Source: Octopus sinensis (taxonomy: Eukaryota). From it: a stretch of 64,000 nt of DNA. The notes under the pieces were generated by a model. The model saw only the letters and a list, made by a program, of their open reading frames with translations. It was not told where the DNA came from and ran no database searches. This document shows positions 25,640-38,528 of this stretch, one piece after another (within the stretch, counting starts at the first letter, position 1; every line of letters starts with the position of its first letter). The stretch covers positions 28,892,001 through 28,956,000 of the forward strand of contig NC_043009.1 of assembly GCF_006345805.1 (NCBI RefSeq), written 5' to 3'. The position numbers and the translations under genes are program-made.

Positions 25640-25864
25640 TTTCTTTAAATCCCACAAGGGGCTAAACATAGAGGGGAAAAACAAGGACAGACAAAGAGAT
25701 TAAGTCGATTATATCGACCCCAGTGCGTAACTGGTAGTTTATTTATCGACCTTGAAAGGATGAAAGGCAAAGTCGACCTCGGTGGAATTTGAACTCAGAA
25801 CGTAACGGCACACAAAATACCACTAAGCATTTCGCCAGCTTCTAACGTTTCTGCCAGCTCGCCA
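25640..25864 (-). mobile_element. SINE family A
   Basis: Aligns with 11007-11236. Confidence 0.85.
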
Positions 25865-25915
25865 CACAGTAACGATTCTGTCAGCTCACCACCCTTCTAA
25901 TAATAATAAGGATGG

Positions 25916-25964
<49 letters not shown>

Positions 25965-26124
25965 ATAAAGGAAATTGGAATGGTTTGTCTCCTTGGCAAA
26001 GTATTAGATAGCTGAAAAGAATGGATAGCATGGTACCGTAGGCTGCAGGCACGGTATGCATGTAAGACTCCAGGAACGCCAAAAAAATTTGTGATAAAGA
26101 GAAAATAATGATAAAAATAATAAT

Positions 26125-26299
26125 CCTTTCTACTATAGGTACAAGGCCTGAAATTTTAGGGGAGGAGGCAAGTCGATTGCATTGACCCCCAGTGTCAATG
26201 AAAGGAAGTTGAACTCAACATAAAGATGGACAGAATGCTGCTAAGCATTTCGCCCAGTGTGCTAACAATTCTGCCAGTTGGCCACCTTACTGAGGGTTA

Positions 26300-26352
<53 letters not shown>

Positions 26353-26520
26353 TAATAATTCTTTCTACTATAGTCTCAAGGCCTGAAATTTATGTGGGGA
26401 GGAGACTGGTCAATAATATCATACCCAAAGTTTGACTGGTACCTATTCTATCAACCCTGGTATTGGTGGAATTTGAACTTAGAACGTGAAATGAAATGAA
26501 ATGCCACTAAGCAATTTGTA
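26125..26520 (-). mobile_element. Two decayed SINE family A copies separated by (AAT)n
   Basis: ctttctactatag...aggcctgaaatt ends at ~26127 and ~26361; heads at ~26285 and ~26515. Confidence 0.7.
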
Positions 26521-26789
26521 CAATTTGTCAGTCATATTCATACTATCTCCACTCAAGTATTCATGAGTCACACATCTCTCCTTCTCTCATGTCCAATGCC
26601 CTCCAGGCCCTAAACTATTCCCTACATAAAATCTTCCTCCTCCCTCAAATTCTGACTCTTTATAATTCCCTTCTTCCACTTGCCTTATGTTCAGCATGTG
26701 GACTTAGAAAGGTTCAATGAAATTAATGAGACACCAATTTCATTAGTCTAGAGAGGTCCTGTGAAAGACATGGGCACTGTACCCTCCAG

Positions 26790-27108
26790 TACAGAATGAA
26801 TGTTTTGTTTGTTCCTACTCGAGCCATGTCTGGCTCATAAGGTCCGGTTTCCTGGTTTCCCAGTCATATAGGTTCCCCACCTGGATGGGACGTTGGTCCG
26901 TCACAGGTGAGCTGCAAGATCCAGAAGGAAAGAGTGAGAGAAAGTTGTGCTGAAAGAGTCAGCAGAAATTTGCCATTACCTTCTGCCAGAGTCGCATGGA
27001 GCTTAGGCGTTTCACTCATAAACACATACATCACCTGGTCAGAGATTCAAACCCGTGATCCCTCGACCGCAAATCCACTGCTCTAACCACTAGGCCATGT
27101 GCCTCCTC
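26790..27108 (-). mobile_element. tRNA-headed SINE (distinct subfamily)
   Basis: Reverse complement head ggaggcacatggcctagtggttagagcagtgg...acgggtttgaatctc has A/B-box-like motifs. Confidence 0.7.
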
Positions 27109-27284
27109 CTAGAGTGAATGAGTATAGATGAAATTTAAGATATGACTATTGAGAGACAAGTGTCTTCATCAAGGACATCGTGGATGGGATGTGAACCAAT
27201 GATCCTCTTTTTCTCTTTCACAAAGAATTGAACCAGTATGACAAGCTTAATCCTATCTAAACCATACTCTGGATTATAAATCAT

Positions 27285-27689
27285 TTAATCTTTGGCATTT
27301 AAACCAGTAATATCAGACTTTTATGTTTTATGTTCAAATCAGTCAGATCCAGCCTCTCACACCCACTCTACAATATTATTCTAGAAATAAAGTCAGTGCC
27401 ACCTGACTGGCTCCTGAGCCAGTGGCATGTAAAAAGCATCCACTACACTCTTGGAGTGGTTGGCATTAGGAAGGGCACCCAGCTGTAGAAACCTTGCCAG
27501 ATCAGATTGGAGACTGGTACAGCCTTCTGGCTTGCCAGTCTTCAGTCAAACCGTCCAACCCATGACAGCATAGAAAGTGGACTTTAAATGATAATGATGA
27601 TGATGATCATCATCATCATCATAATCTGGGATTTACAAGATAATGAATGCTTAATTCAAAGCAAAGTAATCTAAAAGCTAAAGGATTAA
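27285..27689. mobile_element. TTAA-bounded MITE with a nested family-G SINE (~27395-27620)
   Basis: Begins ttaatctttggcattt and ends aaaagctaaaggattaa; body shared with 15180-15360. Confidence 0.55.
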
Positions 27690-28225
27690 TTCACTGCTCT
27701 ATAACTCCTCCTCTTCTATCCACCTCCTCCACCCCTCCTCTACCTCTCCTCCTCCTAGTTTTTCTTATTATTGCTTACCAAGTATCTTTGAACAAGCTCA
27801 AAACTTGTTAAATCTCAAAAAAAAAAAAAAATCAATAGGAGAATTTCTACATAGTAACTCTTGCTGCAAGAAATAGCAGCCAAAATCTCCCTCAAATCAC
27901 TCTCTACTGTCTTTAATCACCAAAAGAAGCATAAAATTAACCCAGTTTGTCAACTTTGAATTTTGTTCTCATTCTGAAATAATCAAAGAATAAATGAACA
28001 AAATATTTTGCAACATTCTTGAAAACTTCATGATTTTAAAATTTTAAATAAAAAGCAAAAATAAAATATATTACACATTACAAAATAAAGACTATCAAAA
28101 TACAAATGATTTAAGAATAATTTAGCTTGAAGATAAATTTTTGTTCGCAACATTTAACACAAATTTCAGTTTTTTCCTTTTTTATATACTTTTCACTAAC
28201 CATTTCTGCAACTTCAGATATTTAC

Positions 28226-28270
28226 CTGAATCTTAGGCGCAGGTGGAATCCATAATGCCATTTCTGTTTC
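28226..28270 (-). CDS. Weak candidate 45-nt exon (ETEMALWIPPAPKIQ or KQKWHYGFHLRLRF)
   Basis: Acceptor ttgttttcttggttacaccgctgttag and donor CAG|gtaaat; no homology recognised. Confidence 0.2.
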
Positions 28271-28426
28271 CTAACAGCGGTGTAACCAAGAAAACAAAGT
28301 AACACCACTTCTGTTAAAGACTTTCACACAGTGATGTCAGCAACTCACCATATAACTATTATCATCATGTTTCATAAAGTATTATCAAAAGATGTAATTT
28401 TCAACCATTTTTAGAATCATTCCACT

Positions 28427-29034
28427 TTAACCCTTTCGTTACCAACCCAACTGAAACTGGCTCTGGCTCTGAGTACAAATGTCTTGTTTTCACAAGTTCT
28501 GAATTAAAATCTTCCACCAAACCTTAGTCACAGTTTATATTCCTAGCACTAGCTGAATGGTAACTATGTTATTTTACTAAATTCTTTGTTATACTCTTTT
28601 ACTCTTTTTCTTGTTTCAGTCATTTGACTGCGGCCATGCTGGAGCACCGCCTTTAGTCGAGCAAATCGACCCCGGGACTTATTCTTTGTAAGCCCAGTAC
28701 TTATTCTATCAGTCTCTTTTGCCGAACCGCTAAGTGACGGGGACGTAAACACACCAGCATCAGTTGTCAAGCAATGCTAGGGGGACAAACACACACACAC
28801 ACATATATATATATACATATATACGACAGGCTTCTTTCAGTTTCCATCTACCAAATCCACTCACAAGGCATTGGTCGGCCCAGGGCTATAGCAGAAGACA
28901 CTTGCCCAAGATGCCACACTGTGGGACTGAACCCGCAACCATGTGGTTGGTAAGCAAGCCACTCCTGCGCCTATTTAAAGTTATTGAAAAAAACACAGAA
29001 CATCTCAAAATAAATACAGTAACAAAAGGGTTAA
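28427..29034. mobile_element. piggyBac-like MITE (TTAA-CCCTTTCGTTAC TIR) with a nested SINE
   Basis: TTAA at 28427-28430 and 29031-29034; TIRs ccctttcgttac and gtaacaaaaggg; an uninterrupted sister copy lies at 57872-58100. Confidence 0.8.
28594..28972 (-). mobile_element. SINE family B, full length
   Basis: Head at ~28970, short CA/TA core at ~28790-28822, 3' half gcggccatgctggagcaccgcc. Confidence 0.85.
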
Positions 29035-29347
29035 AGAGACCACTAAAAGTGCAATGGCATACATATTTTTATTTCTGTTTTTCCATGTTTGCATGGGTTG
29101 GGGAGACTTTTTTTTAGCACAGCATCTTATTGCTTGTTTTAATTCTTTGTCATCTTTCTTCCTTACGAGGTTTAAAACCATATGGGATCAGCTGCAATAA
29201 TCTTTTCTCAAGACATCTCTGGTTTTTCACTTATTCCTCCTGGATCACTTGACTTTTTTTTTTTATTAAGCTGTCATCCTTTCAATGTTTCATTTCATTT
29301 ATTACCATTCTTGGGGCAAACAGAATTACTCATCATCATCATCTTAC

Positions 29348-29380
<33 letters not shown>

Positions 29381-29424
29381 AACCACCACCGCCGCCACCA
29401 CCACCGCCACTGCTACTGCTGCTG

Positions 29425-29620
29425 CTCACACATCAGACAAAATGTTTAGTGGTATTTTTCCTAGTTCTTTCCATTCTGAGTTCTAAGACCACTGAGGTTA
29501 GCTTTACCTTTCATCCTAATGGGGCTGATAAAACAAAGTACCAATCAAGTACAGGAGTCAATTACATTGACTAAGCTCTTCTCCTAAAATCACTAGCCAT
29601 GTACCAAAATTTGAAACCAT
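29425..29620 (+). mobile_element. Decayed SINE family A
   Basis: aaaatgtttagtggtattt...ttctgagttc...ccaaaatttgaaaccattatt. Confidence 0.65.
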
Positions 29621-29690
29621 TATTATTATTATCATCATTATTATTATTATTATAATTATTATTATTATTATTATTATTATCATTATTATT

Positions 29691-30243
29691 GAGTGAGAGA
29701 GCAGTTTATGCCATCAAAGGGACACTGGGGTAAAATATACGAAGCCCAATATACCCATCATGACTACCCGTCTGATAAGGGTACACCAGGCACATGCATC
29801 ACAACCATATGTGTGCATCATGGTGATCTCATATCAAAATAAACAGCACATGACCTTGCAGGTGGGGCCCAGTTAGAATTTTCTTCAGGTTGAGTAGCCC
29901 ATCCCGCTCAAAAGGTCCCTGAATAAGGGTTGTTTAAAGATGTTGAAAGAACCACCCATGTTTCCAGAGGTGAATTATTCAAACTCCAAAGAATCCCTCT
30001 CAACACATGGCTATGATGCTCCCCTACTACTTCTGCTCGTGATCAGAGATGCACATATCGTCAGCCACTAAGGACATGCTCAACTGGTTATGGTCAAACA
30101 ACTGACAAGCAAATCTGTGGTATTGAGCAGAATATTGCTGTAGCCCATCTTTTATACCAAGACAAAACAATGTACATGATAACACTTCCAATCAATTAAG
30201 ATCAGAAGCCATGAGAGCCACTGCCTGGTACTGCATCAGGGCA
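29691..30243 (-). mobile_element. (AAT)n-embedded ~550-bp non-coding retroelement, longer copy
   Basis: Shares ~335 bp with 12220-12553; (TTA)n arrays on both sides. Confidence 0.8.
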
Positions 30244-30249
30244 TTATTA

Positions 30250-30299
<50 letters not shown>

Positions 30300-30300
<1 letters not shown>

Positions 30301-30510
30301 TTATATGTTTGACTTTTGCTTTACATTTGTACAAATTGGCTCCAAGTCTTACCCAGAGACCTCAACAGACAACAAGTTGGAAGTTCATGCTGGTGTTATG
30401 CCTAGAGTGCCATATATTTGGTTTCGTACATAGTGTTATTCTAGAGAATGTTTAAGAAACCATAAGAAAATTATGAGTTTGTTTTAAAACTTGAGATTAC
30501 ATAGAAAGTA
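30300..30510 (-). mobile_element. Probable 3'UTR fragment of a LINE inside a (TAA)n array
   Basis: Non-repetitive ~210 bp between two long (TTA)n arrays; minus strand starts ctttctatgtaa (..LSM*) like an ORF end. Confidence 0.4.
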
Positions 30511-30530
30511 TTATAATTATTGTTATTATA

Positions 30531-30599
<69 letters not shown>

Positions 30600-30804
30600 G
30601 TTATTATGATTATTATTATTATTATTATGATTATTATTATTATTATTATTATTATTATCATCATTATTATTATTATTATTATCATTATTATTATTATTAT
30701 TATTATTATTCCATATGCTCACAACAGATTAGACTGTTGTAAAGAATTCCTAACACCAGACTACAACAAGTAACCTTAGATACCAAGAACCTTCATAAAT
30801 ATCA

Positions 30805-31250
30805 GGCGGCAAGCTGGCAGAATTGTTAGCATGCTGGATGAAATGCTTAGTGGTATTTCGCCCATCACTGCGTTCTGAGCTCAAATTCCGCCAAGGTTGA
30901 CTTTGCCTTTCATAATTTCAGGGGACAATAAAATAAATACTAGTGAAACACTGGGGTCGATGTGATCAACGAGTCCCCTCTCTACAAATTTGAGGCCTTG
31001 TGTTTATTGTAGAAAGGTTTATCATTATTGTCATTATATTACTTCTCAGAATCGTTAGCATGCAGGGTGAAATGTTTAGCGGTATTTTGTCTGACTTTAT
31101 GTTCTGAGTTCAAATTCTACCACAGTCAACATTGTCTTTCACCCTTTCAGGATCAATAAATCAAGTACTAGTTACATACTGGGGTTGATCTAATCGACTG
31201 GCCCCCTACCCCCAAATTTCAGGCCTTGTGCCTAGAGTAGAAAAGATTAT
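30805..31250 (+). mobile_element. Two tandem SINE family A copies
   Basis: Heads at 30805 (ggcggcaagctggcagaa) and ~31045; both end aggccttgtg...gtagaaag(g/a)tt. Confidence 0.8.
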
Positions 31251-31254
31251 TTTC

Positions 31255-31490
31255 TTTCTCAAAGTGCTTGGTCTTGTTCGCTCTGGTTGATTTTGTGAGA
31301 GCAGACAACATCCTGTTGTTGGAGGTTTCACAGTGTCTCTTTCTGAACATTATAAGCTTTGATACTTGGTTGTTAATTATCATAGAATACATTCAACATC
31401 CAAATACCAGTTTCAAAATCTTAGCTCACCCTAGCAGAGCAGTTTTTTGGACTTGCTCTGCTTTCATGTCAATTCCAATTTCTCTGACAG
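31255..31490 (-). mobile_element. R4/Dong-type LINE 3' fragment
   Basis: Aligns with 44590-44815; minus strand gives IGIDMKAEQVQKTALLG. Confidence 0.7.
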
Positions 31491-31812
31491 GTTGACCAAA
31501 GCCTTGTGAATGGATTTCATAAATGGAATCAAAAAGAAGCCCATGTGTGTGTGTGTGTGGTGTGTGTGTGTGTGTGCGTGTGTGTGTGTGTGTGTTGTGT
31601 GTGTGTGTGTGCTTGTCTCTCACCACCACTTGACCACTGGTGTTGGTTTGTTTCCATCCCTGTAACTTAGCAGTTCAGTAAAGGAGAACGATACAATAAG
31701 TACTAGGTTTAAAGAATAAAACAGGTACTGAGGTTAATTCATTCAACTAAAATTCTTCAAGGCACTGCTCCTGCATGGCCACAGTCTACTGACTGAAACA
31801 AGTGAAAGATAA
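31485..31812 (+). mobile_element. SINE family B, 5'-truncated, with (TG)n core
   Basis: gaccaaagccttgtgaatggattt...(tg)n...gactgaaacaagtgaaaga. Confidence 0.75.
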
Positions 31813-32611
31813 GAAACAAATGTTTATTGTTGTTGTTGCTGTTGTTGTTACAAAATCTCAAGAGTGAATTTCTAGGCTTGTGAACCAAACAGGACTAAGT
31901 CCTTAGATCATACACCTCCCCTTTATTTCATTGATGTTTTATTTATATAAGACTTTTATATATAAAGATTTATGTAAGCCATCACTGTAACTTAATTACA
32001 TCCTAACTTGTAGTGTCTGAAGAAAGACAAAGCACATCCTTCCCACATTTTCTTTCTCCATTTTTTTTTCTTTGGTGGTGGGCATTGTAGGTGAGGACAT
32101 ATCAGTATTCACATAACAATCTATTAATTACGAAGAAACGAAGGACATCCTTCTCACACACATACATACATACATACATACATACATCAGATATATACTC
32201 ACTTCTATATACACAAGCATGCATGCATATCACCAGCACATCAGCACATCCATTTCCCTCCTATTGTGTTCATATTATTAAATCACCTCCAAAAAGTTAT
32301 GAGATATTTGTGAAACAATGGAACACCCTGTTGAGGAATAATAACTTAATAACTGCAACCACTAACCCTGTTAATCTTATTAAGAATGAATAAGGAATAT
32401 CCAATACGTCATTCATAAAACATACATAAGGAAAAATACAAAATGCATTACAAAACTTTTTTTTCATTCTATAAAAGACTATACTTCCAAAACATAAGAA
32501 ATAAATATCTAAATATCCGATTCTTTCATCTCAGAGCTTTTTTTATATTTATATAATGTATATACATATATATATATATATACATATATATATATTATAT
32601 ACACATACATA

Positions 32612-32648
<37 letters not shown>

Positions 32649-32707
32649 GTATGTATGTATATATATGTATATTTATGCATGGGTTTATTATTATTATTAT
32701 TATATTA

Positions 32708-32754
<47 letters not shown>

Positions 32755-33317
32755 TATTATTATTTTATTCATTTATTTATTTATTTTGGTATTTCTTGCT
32801 TTCATTAAGTTACTTCCTTTTAATATTATTCTTTGAATGAAGTCTATAATTCTTTGTCTACCATTGTTATCCATTTTCTTTCTAGTTTTTTTCTTCCTTT
32901 TTTTTTCATTTTTTTTTTTCATTTTCGGCTAAGACTTAGGTCAGAAAAGAATTCATAGAGCTGTAGTTCTTTTATTCTGTGTGGACACCCTTACATAGAT
33001 TCGCATTTAGTTCAGGCTACATTCAACGTAGACTTGTTTACATTTTGTCAAAGACTTAACTTTCAGTAGGTGTTAGAAGATCAGAAGGCTAAAAACACAA
33101 AAGATTAACAGTTTAAATCAAACAGTATTTTCAAGTGAAAACCAATCAATAGTCAGCAATTGAACTAGGGGCTACACAACTTATTAGGAAGCACTCTTTC
33201 CTGTCTTTTCTTTATTGTAACTTCTGCCATAAACTTTGTTGGTTGTTATTCACTCACAAAATATTATATGTGTGTATGAGTGTGTATAAATATATATGCA
33301 TGCATGTATATATATAT

Positions 33318-33354
<37 letters not shown>

Positions 33355-33403
33355 GTAATATAATATCTAGTGATTAATAATGTCTTATTTATATATATGT
33401 ATA

Positions 33404-33444
<41 letters not shown>

Positions 33445-33735
33445 ATACATATACATACATACATGCATATATGCATACATACAAACATATATATATATAT
33501 TTATGTATGTGTGTATATATATGTGTGCGTGAGTATGTATATATGTATGTATATGTGTCTATATATGTGTGTGTGTGTGTGTGTGTGTGCATGTGTATAT
33601 GTATATATACATGATCTTATGTATGTGTACCTATGCGTGTGGGTGTATATCATATTAAAAATGTAACCCATATCTGTAATATAACATTCCAAAGCAGAGC
33701 TGTTCCTTATTTAGACAAATATAAATACATATGTG

Positions 33736-33767
<32 letters not shown>

Positions 33768-34115
33768 TGTATGCATGTAAGTATGTATGTATGCATGTAT
33801 GTATGTATGTGCGTGTGTGTGTAATTCATGTATGCATATCATGTATCTATGCAAGTACACATATATAATTCATAAGAATTTTATAAGCGTATGAGAGAAC
33901 ATGAACCAATTCTGTTTTTGGAATATTTTCAAGCAGACGCATGCCACTATAAATAACATCACTCTAATATTGGGTCTAAAAATCCCTTTTGGATGGAAAA
34001 GGTCAAATGCTGCCTGATGATGTGAGCTCAGGTCCCAGAAAAAAATCCCTCTACTTTTCCTATCCCAAAATAGATTTTCAACCAAATATTTACATGGTGT
34101 TATTTATAGGTTTAT

Positions 34116-34520
34116 AAGGTAGCAAGATGGGCCAAATCATCAGAATTCTAGACAAAATGTTTAGCAGCATGCTGTCCATATTTATGTTCTGAATTCAATT
34201 TCTGTTTGAGTTGATTCTGCTTTTCATCCTTGTGAAGTCAGTAAATTGAATACCATTCAAGCATACCAGAACTGATTTAATCAACTAAGCTCATCCCCCG
34301 AAATTACAAGCCCTGTCTCTATTGGGCAAAGGATTACTTATAACCTACATGTATGCTGCAATATGTGTATGTATGTATATATATATAGGTGCAGGAGTGG
34401 CTGTGTGGTTCTGAGTTCAGTCCCACTGTGTAGTACCTTGAGCAAGTGTCTTCTGCTATAGCCTCGGACCAACCAAAGCCTTGTGAGTGGATTTAGTAGA
34501 TGGAAACTGAAAGAAGCCCT
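34116..34520 (+). mobile_element. Decayed SINE family A (34116-34330) and family B head (34386-34520)
   Basis: Motif matches to other copies. Confidence 0.7.
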
Positions 34521-35165
34521 TTTGAGTGTCGGGCTTCATGGAGGCAAAGTGACTGAGTTCCTTTCAAGCAAATCGATCTAGGACTTATTCTTTGTAAGTG
34601 TAGTACTTATTCTATTGGTCTCTTTTGCCAAACCGCTACGTTACGGGGATGTAAACACACCAGCATCATGTTGGCAGGACAGACACAAACATACCAATAT
34701 ATACATACACACGCATATAGACACACACACACACACACACACTCATAGATATAGATATATGTTTCTTTTGAGTGTGGGTGCTGGGCCTCATGGGGGCAAA
34801 GTGGATGAGTTCCTTTTGAGTGTTGGTCCTCAGGGAGGCAATGACCAATACCTTTAGCATTATGTCTTGCATAAGAAGAAGACTCATCAAGTTGAGCAAA
34901 ATCACAGTCATTACACTCTTGGAGTCATTGGTGGAGGGAAGGCATCCAGCCATAGAAAACCATACCAAATCAGACTGGAGTTCGGTGCAGCCTTCCAGTG
35001 TGCCAGCCCAGTCAAACCATCCAACCTGTGCCAGCATGGACAATGGACGTTAAATGATGATGACCATGATAGTGAAAAGGTCTGATAATTTCTTTTTCTT
35101 TTTGCATTGTGAAATGTAGTGAAGAATATAAGAAAAATTGACAGAAATTTTATGTTTGACAATAT

Positions 35166-35196
<31 letters not shown>

Positions 35197-35893
35197 GAGC
35201 TGTCAACTCACTCTTGCCCTTCATTCCAAACAGACATAGTCCTCCAGTCTTGGATTTAGTAGTTGATAAAAAGATAAATAAATTAGAAATGAACCACAAT
35301 CCTTTACAAGCTATAACCCCTGTAAGTTTCATGCTTTTCTTGGAAGTGTAGTCAATTCTTAGCTACAATAGTGACAACATGGATTTCTTCTATCATCTTG
35401 CTCTGATAAAGTAATTGAGTAAAATTATATTAATGTGTCCAACTGATTATAATTCTATTTGTTTGTGCAGCTGATGATAGCCCTGCATTTAAATTGATGT
35501 AATAATTGCATTGTTGAATTAAATGGAGCTACTTGAAACGGTTGTACTTCATCACTTCTTGATATCCGGTTGCTTATTTTGATTTTATTCACCTTACTTT
35601 GAGCTGTGCAGATAATACCAGACTGACTACTTGGTGCTTCAACAACTTAAGTACCTAATTGAGCTGAATCACAATTATTCCTTATATATACATATATATA
35701 TATATATATAGTTAATCCAAACAAGAAAGCACAAAAAAACACAACAACGTGAGGACGTGGAACAAATATAGTATTATTGGACGCTCAGGAAAGAAGGAAA
35801 GAAGGAGGGTTCATCGGAAACATAGGAGAAGGAAAGATCCAGAGAAGGGAAGACATATAAATATGTATGTATGTATGTGTATATATATATTAT

Positions 35894-35924
<31 letters not shown>

Positions 35925-36618
35925 GAGCTGTCAACTCACTCTTGCCCTTCATTCCAAACAGACATAGTCCTCCAGTCTTGGATTTAGTAGTTGATAAAAA
36001 GATAAATAAATTAGAAATGAACCACAATCCTTTACAAGCTATAACCCCTGTAAGTTTCATGCTTTTCTTGGAAGTGTAGTCAATTCTTAGCTACAATAGT
36101 GACAACATGGATTTCTTCTATCATCTTGCTCTGATAAAGTAATTGAGTAAAATTATATTAATGTGTCCAACTGATTATAATTCTATTTGTTTGTGCAGCT
36201 GATGATAGCCCTGCATTTAAATTGATGTAATAATTGCATTGTTGAATTAAATGGAGCTACTTGAAACGGTTGTACTTCATCACTTCTTGATATCCGGTTG
36301 CTTATTTTGATTTTATTCACCTTACTTTGAGCTGTGCAGATAATACCAGACTGACTACTTGGTGCTTCAACAACTTAAGTACCTAATTGAGCTGAATCAC
36401 AATTATTCCTTATATATACATATATATATATATATATAGTTAATCCAAACAAGAAAGCACAAAAAAACACAACAACGTGAGGACGTGGAACAAATATAGT
36501 ATTATTGGACGCTCAGGAAAGAAGGAAAGAAGGAGGGTTCATCGGAAACATAGGAGAAGGAAAGATCCAGAGAAGGGAAGACATATAAATATGTATGTAT
36601 GTATGTGTATATATATAT

Positions 36619-36620
<2 letters not shown>
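35197..36620. repeat. Tandem duplication, 728-bp unit
   Basis: gagctgtcaactcactc starts at 35197 and 35925; unique parts appear identical; junctions lie in (TA)n. Confidence 0.95.
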
Positions 36621-36657
<37 letters not shown>

Positions 36658-36662
36658 AGAAT

Positions 36663-36903
36663 TACGGAACAGAGTAGATAAGATCTGGACTACAAATGTT
36701 TCATAGTGGGTGGAACCTCAGAAGTGGTAAATATCCAATTGAGGTGTATTTTGAAGGTTACTCTTCAGGTTGAAGATAACTTGATTAAATTTCCTTGGCC
36801 TGAAGAGTAGCTTGTGGTATACGCCTTGCTTGGATATTTACCACTTCTGAGTTCCGCTCACTATAAAACATATGTAGCTCGAACCTTATCTACAACATTC
36901 CAT
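36663..36903. mobile_element. Fold-back MITE, ~106-bp imperfect TIRs around a ~28-bp loop
   Basis: ctcagaagtggtaaatatccaa vs ttggatatttaccacttctgag and tactcttcagg vs cctgaagagta; TA at both ends. Confidence 0.75.
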
Positions 36904-37104
36904 AAACCTGGTCACCTACTGTGGGATTTAAAAAGAACTTTTTTCAGCTTATCATACTTTGATATGAAAAATCCACAGCTTTCTGTCTCAATAAACCACT
37001 ATTACTCCAGAAAGTTATTTTTTACATTCGCTATGGATTGCTTGAAGCTAACTTTTTTCCTACACCTTGATCCTTGGACCTTACATTTATATATATATGT
37101 GTGT

Positions 37105-37445
37105 GTGAAGGTGCATGGCTCAGTTGTTAGAGCATCAAGCATACAATCGTGAGGTTGTGAGTTCAATTCCCAGACCAGGCTGTGTGTTGTGTTCTTGAGC
37201 AAGACACTTTATTTCATGTTGCTCCAGTTCACTCAGCTGTAGAAATGAATTGCGATGTCACTGGTTCCAAGCTGTATTGGCCTTTACCTTTCCTTTGGAT
37301 AACATTGGTGGTGTAGAGAGTGGACGCTGGTATGCATGGGCAACTGCTAGTCTTCCATAAACAAACTTTGCCATGACTTGTGCCTCGGAGGGTAACTTTC
37401 TATGTGCAATCTTATGGTCATTCATGACCAAGGGAGTCACCATAT
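37105..37445 (+). mobile_element. CORE-type SINE
   Basis: tRNA-like head gtgcatggctcagttgttagag...gtgagttcaattcc, then gtgttcttgagcaagacacttt. Confidence 0.8.
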
Positions 37446-38124
37446 GCATCATATGTATATATATATATACATATGTGTGTGTGTGTGTGTGCATATATAT
37501 ATATATGTGTGTGTATTATTTTATGAAATAAAATATTTATATAGTCAACTGGTTTCGCTCAAACTAATCATGACTAAGAAGTTACAATTCAGGCTATCAT
37601 AAGAAGTTTTCATTTCATGTTAGTAAGAGGAAGTATGAGTGTGTGTGTGTTTATATGTACATATATATTTTATGTATGTTTGTGTTTATATGTACATATA
37701 TATAGTTTATGTGTGTATGTGTTTGTGTGGGTCTGTGCATATATCAACATCATAGTTGTCATAAATTTAGGTATGTGTTTCCTGCTAGCATGTTTTGGAT
37801 GGAGACCTTGCCAGTTCTTGAACAGAAGAGGACCAGATCCAACTATTTTATCCAACTATTACAACAAAAACTTATCACTTGGTAGGAATATATAGTTTTA
37901 TGTTTTCTACATAAGGAAAATTCATAATGAAGGATATTAGAAAGGAAAGACAAAGAAGGGGCAGAGGAGAAAAAAGGGAAGAAGGATAGAAGAGAAACTA
38001 TGTAAAAGAAAGAGAGGGAGAGAGGGAGGAAAAGAGAGAGAGAGAACTTCTATTGGTGTTGCATCAGTGAAGTTGTTGATGTGTTTTTCTTTGGAAATTA
38101 TATATGAAGGCAGAGAGATGGTTG

Positions 38125-38528
38125 CCCAGGCACAAGTATGGGTGTGTGGATAAGAAGTTTGCTTTGCAACTACAGGCTTCTAGGTTCAGTCCTGCTGCAT
38201 GGCACCTTGGCCAAGTGTCATCTACTAAAACATCAGACTAACCAATGAATTGTGAGTGGATTTGGTAGACAGAAACTGTGTGGGAGATTAATATATATTT
38301 CTTTATTGCCCACAAGGGGCCAAACACAGATGGGACAAACAAGGACAGACAAAGGGATTAAGTCGATTACATCGACCTCAGTGCGAAACTGGTACTTTAT
38401 TTATCGACCCCAAAAGGATGAAAGGCAAAGTTGACCTCGGCAGAATTTGAACTCAGGACGTAACGACAGACGAATTACTGCTAAGCATTTCACCCAGTGT
38501 GCTAACGTTTCTGCCAGCTCGCCGCCTT
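38125..38528. mobile_element. SINE family B head (+, 38125-38285) abutting SINE family A (-, 38298-38528)
   Basis: Motif matches to other copies. Confidence 0.8.

Noticed and set aside
33870-33970. Minus-strand peptide SDVIYSGMRLLENIPKTELVHVLSYAYKILM, vaguely methyltransferase-like
   Set aside because: Weak acceptor, no donor, and no following LKPGG-type motif in the correct order.
34014-34065. CTGATGA...GAAA hammerhead-like match
   Set aside because: Stem I cannot form and stem II has only 2 bp adjacent to the core.
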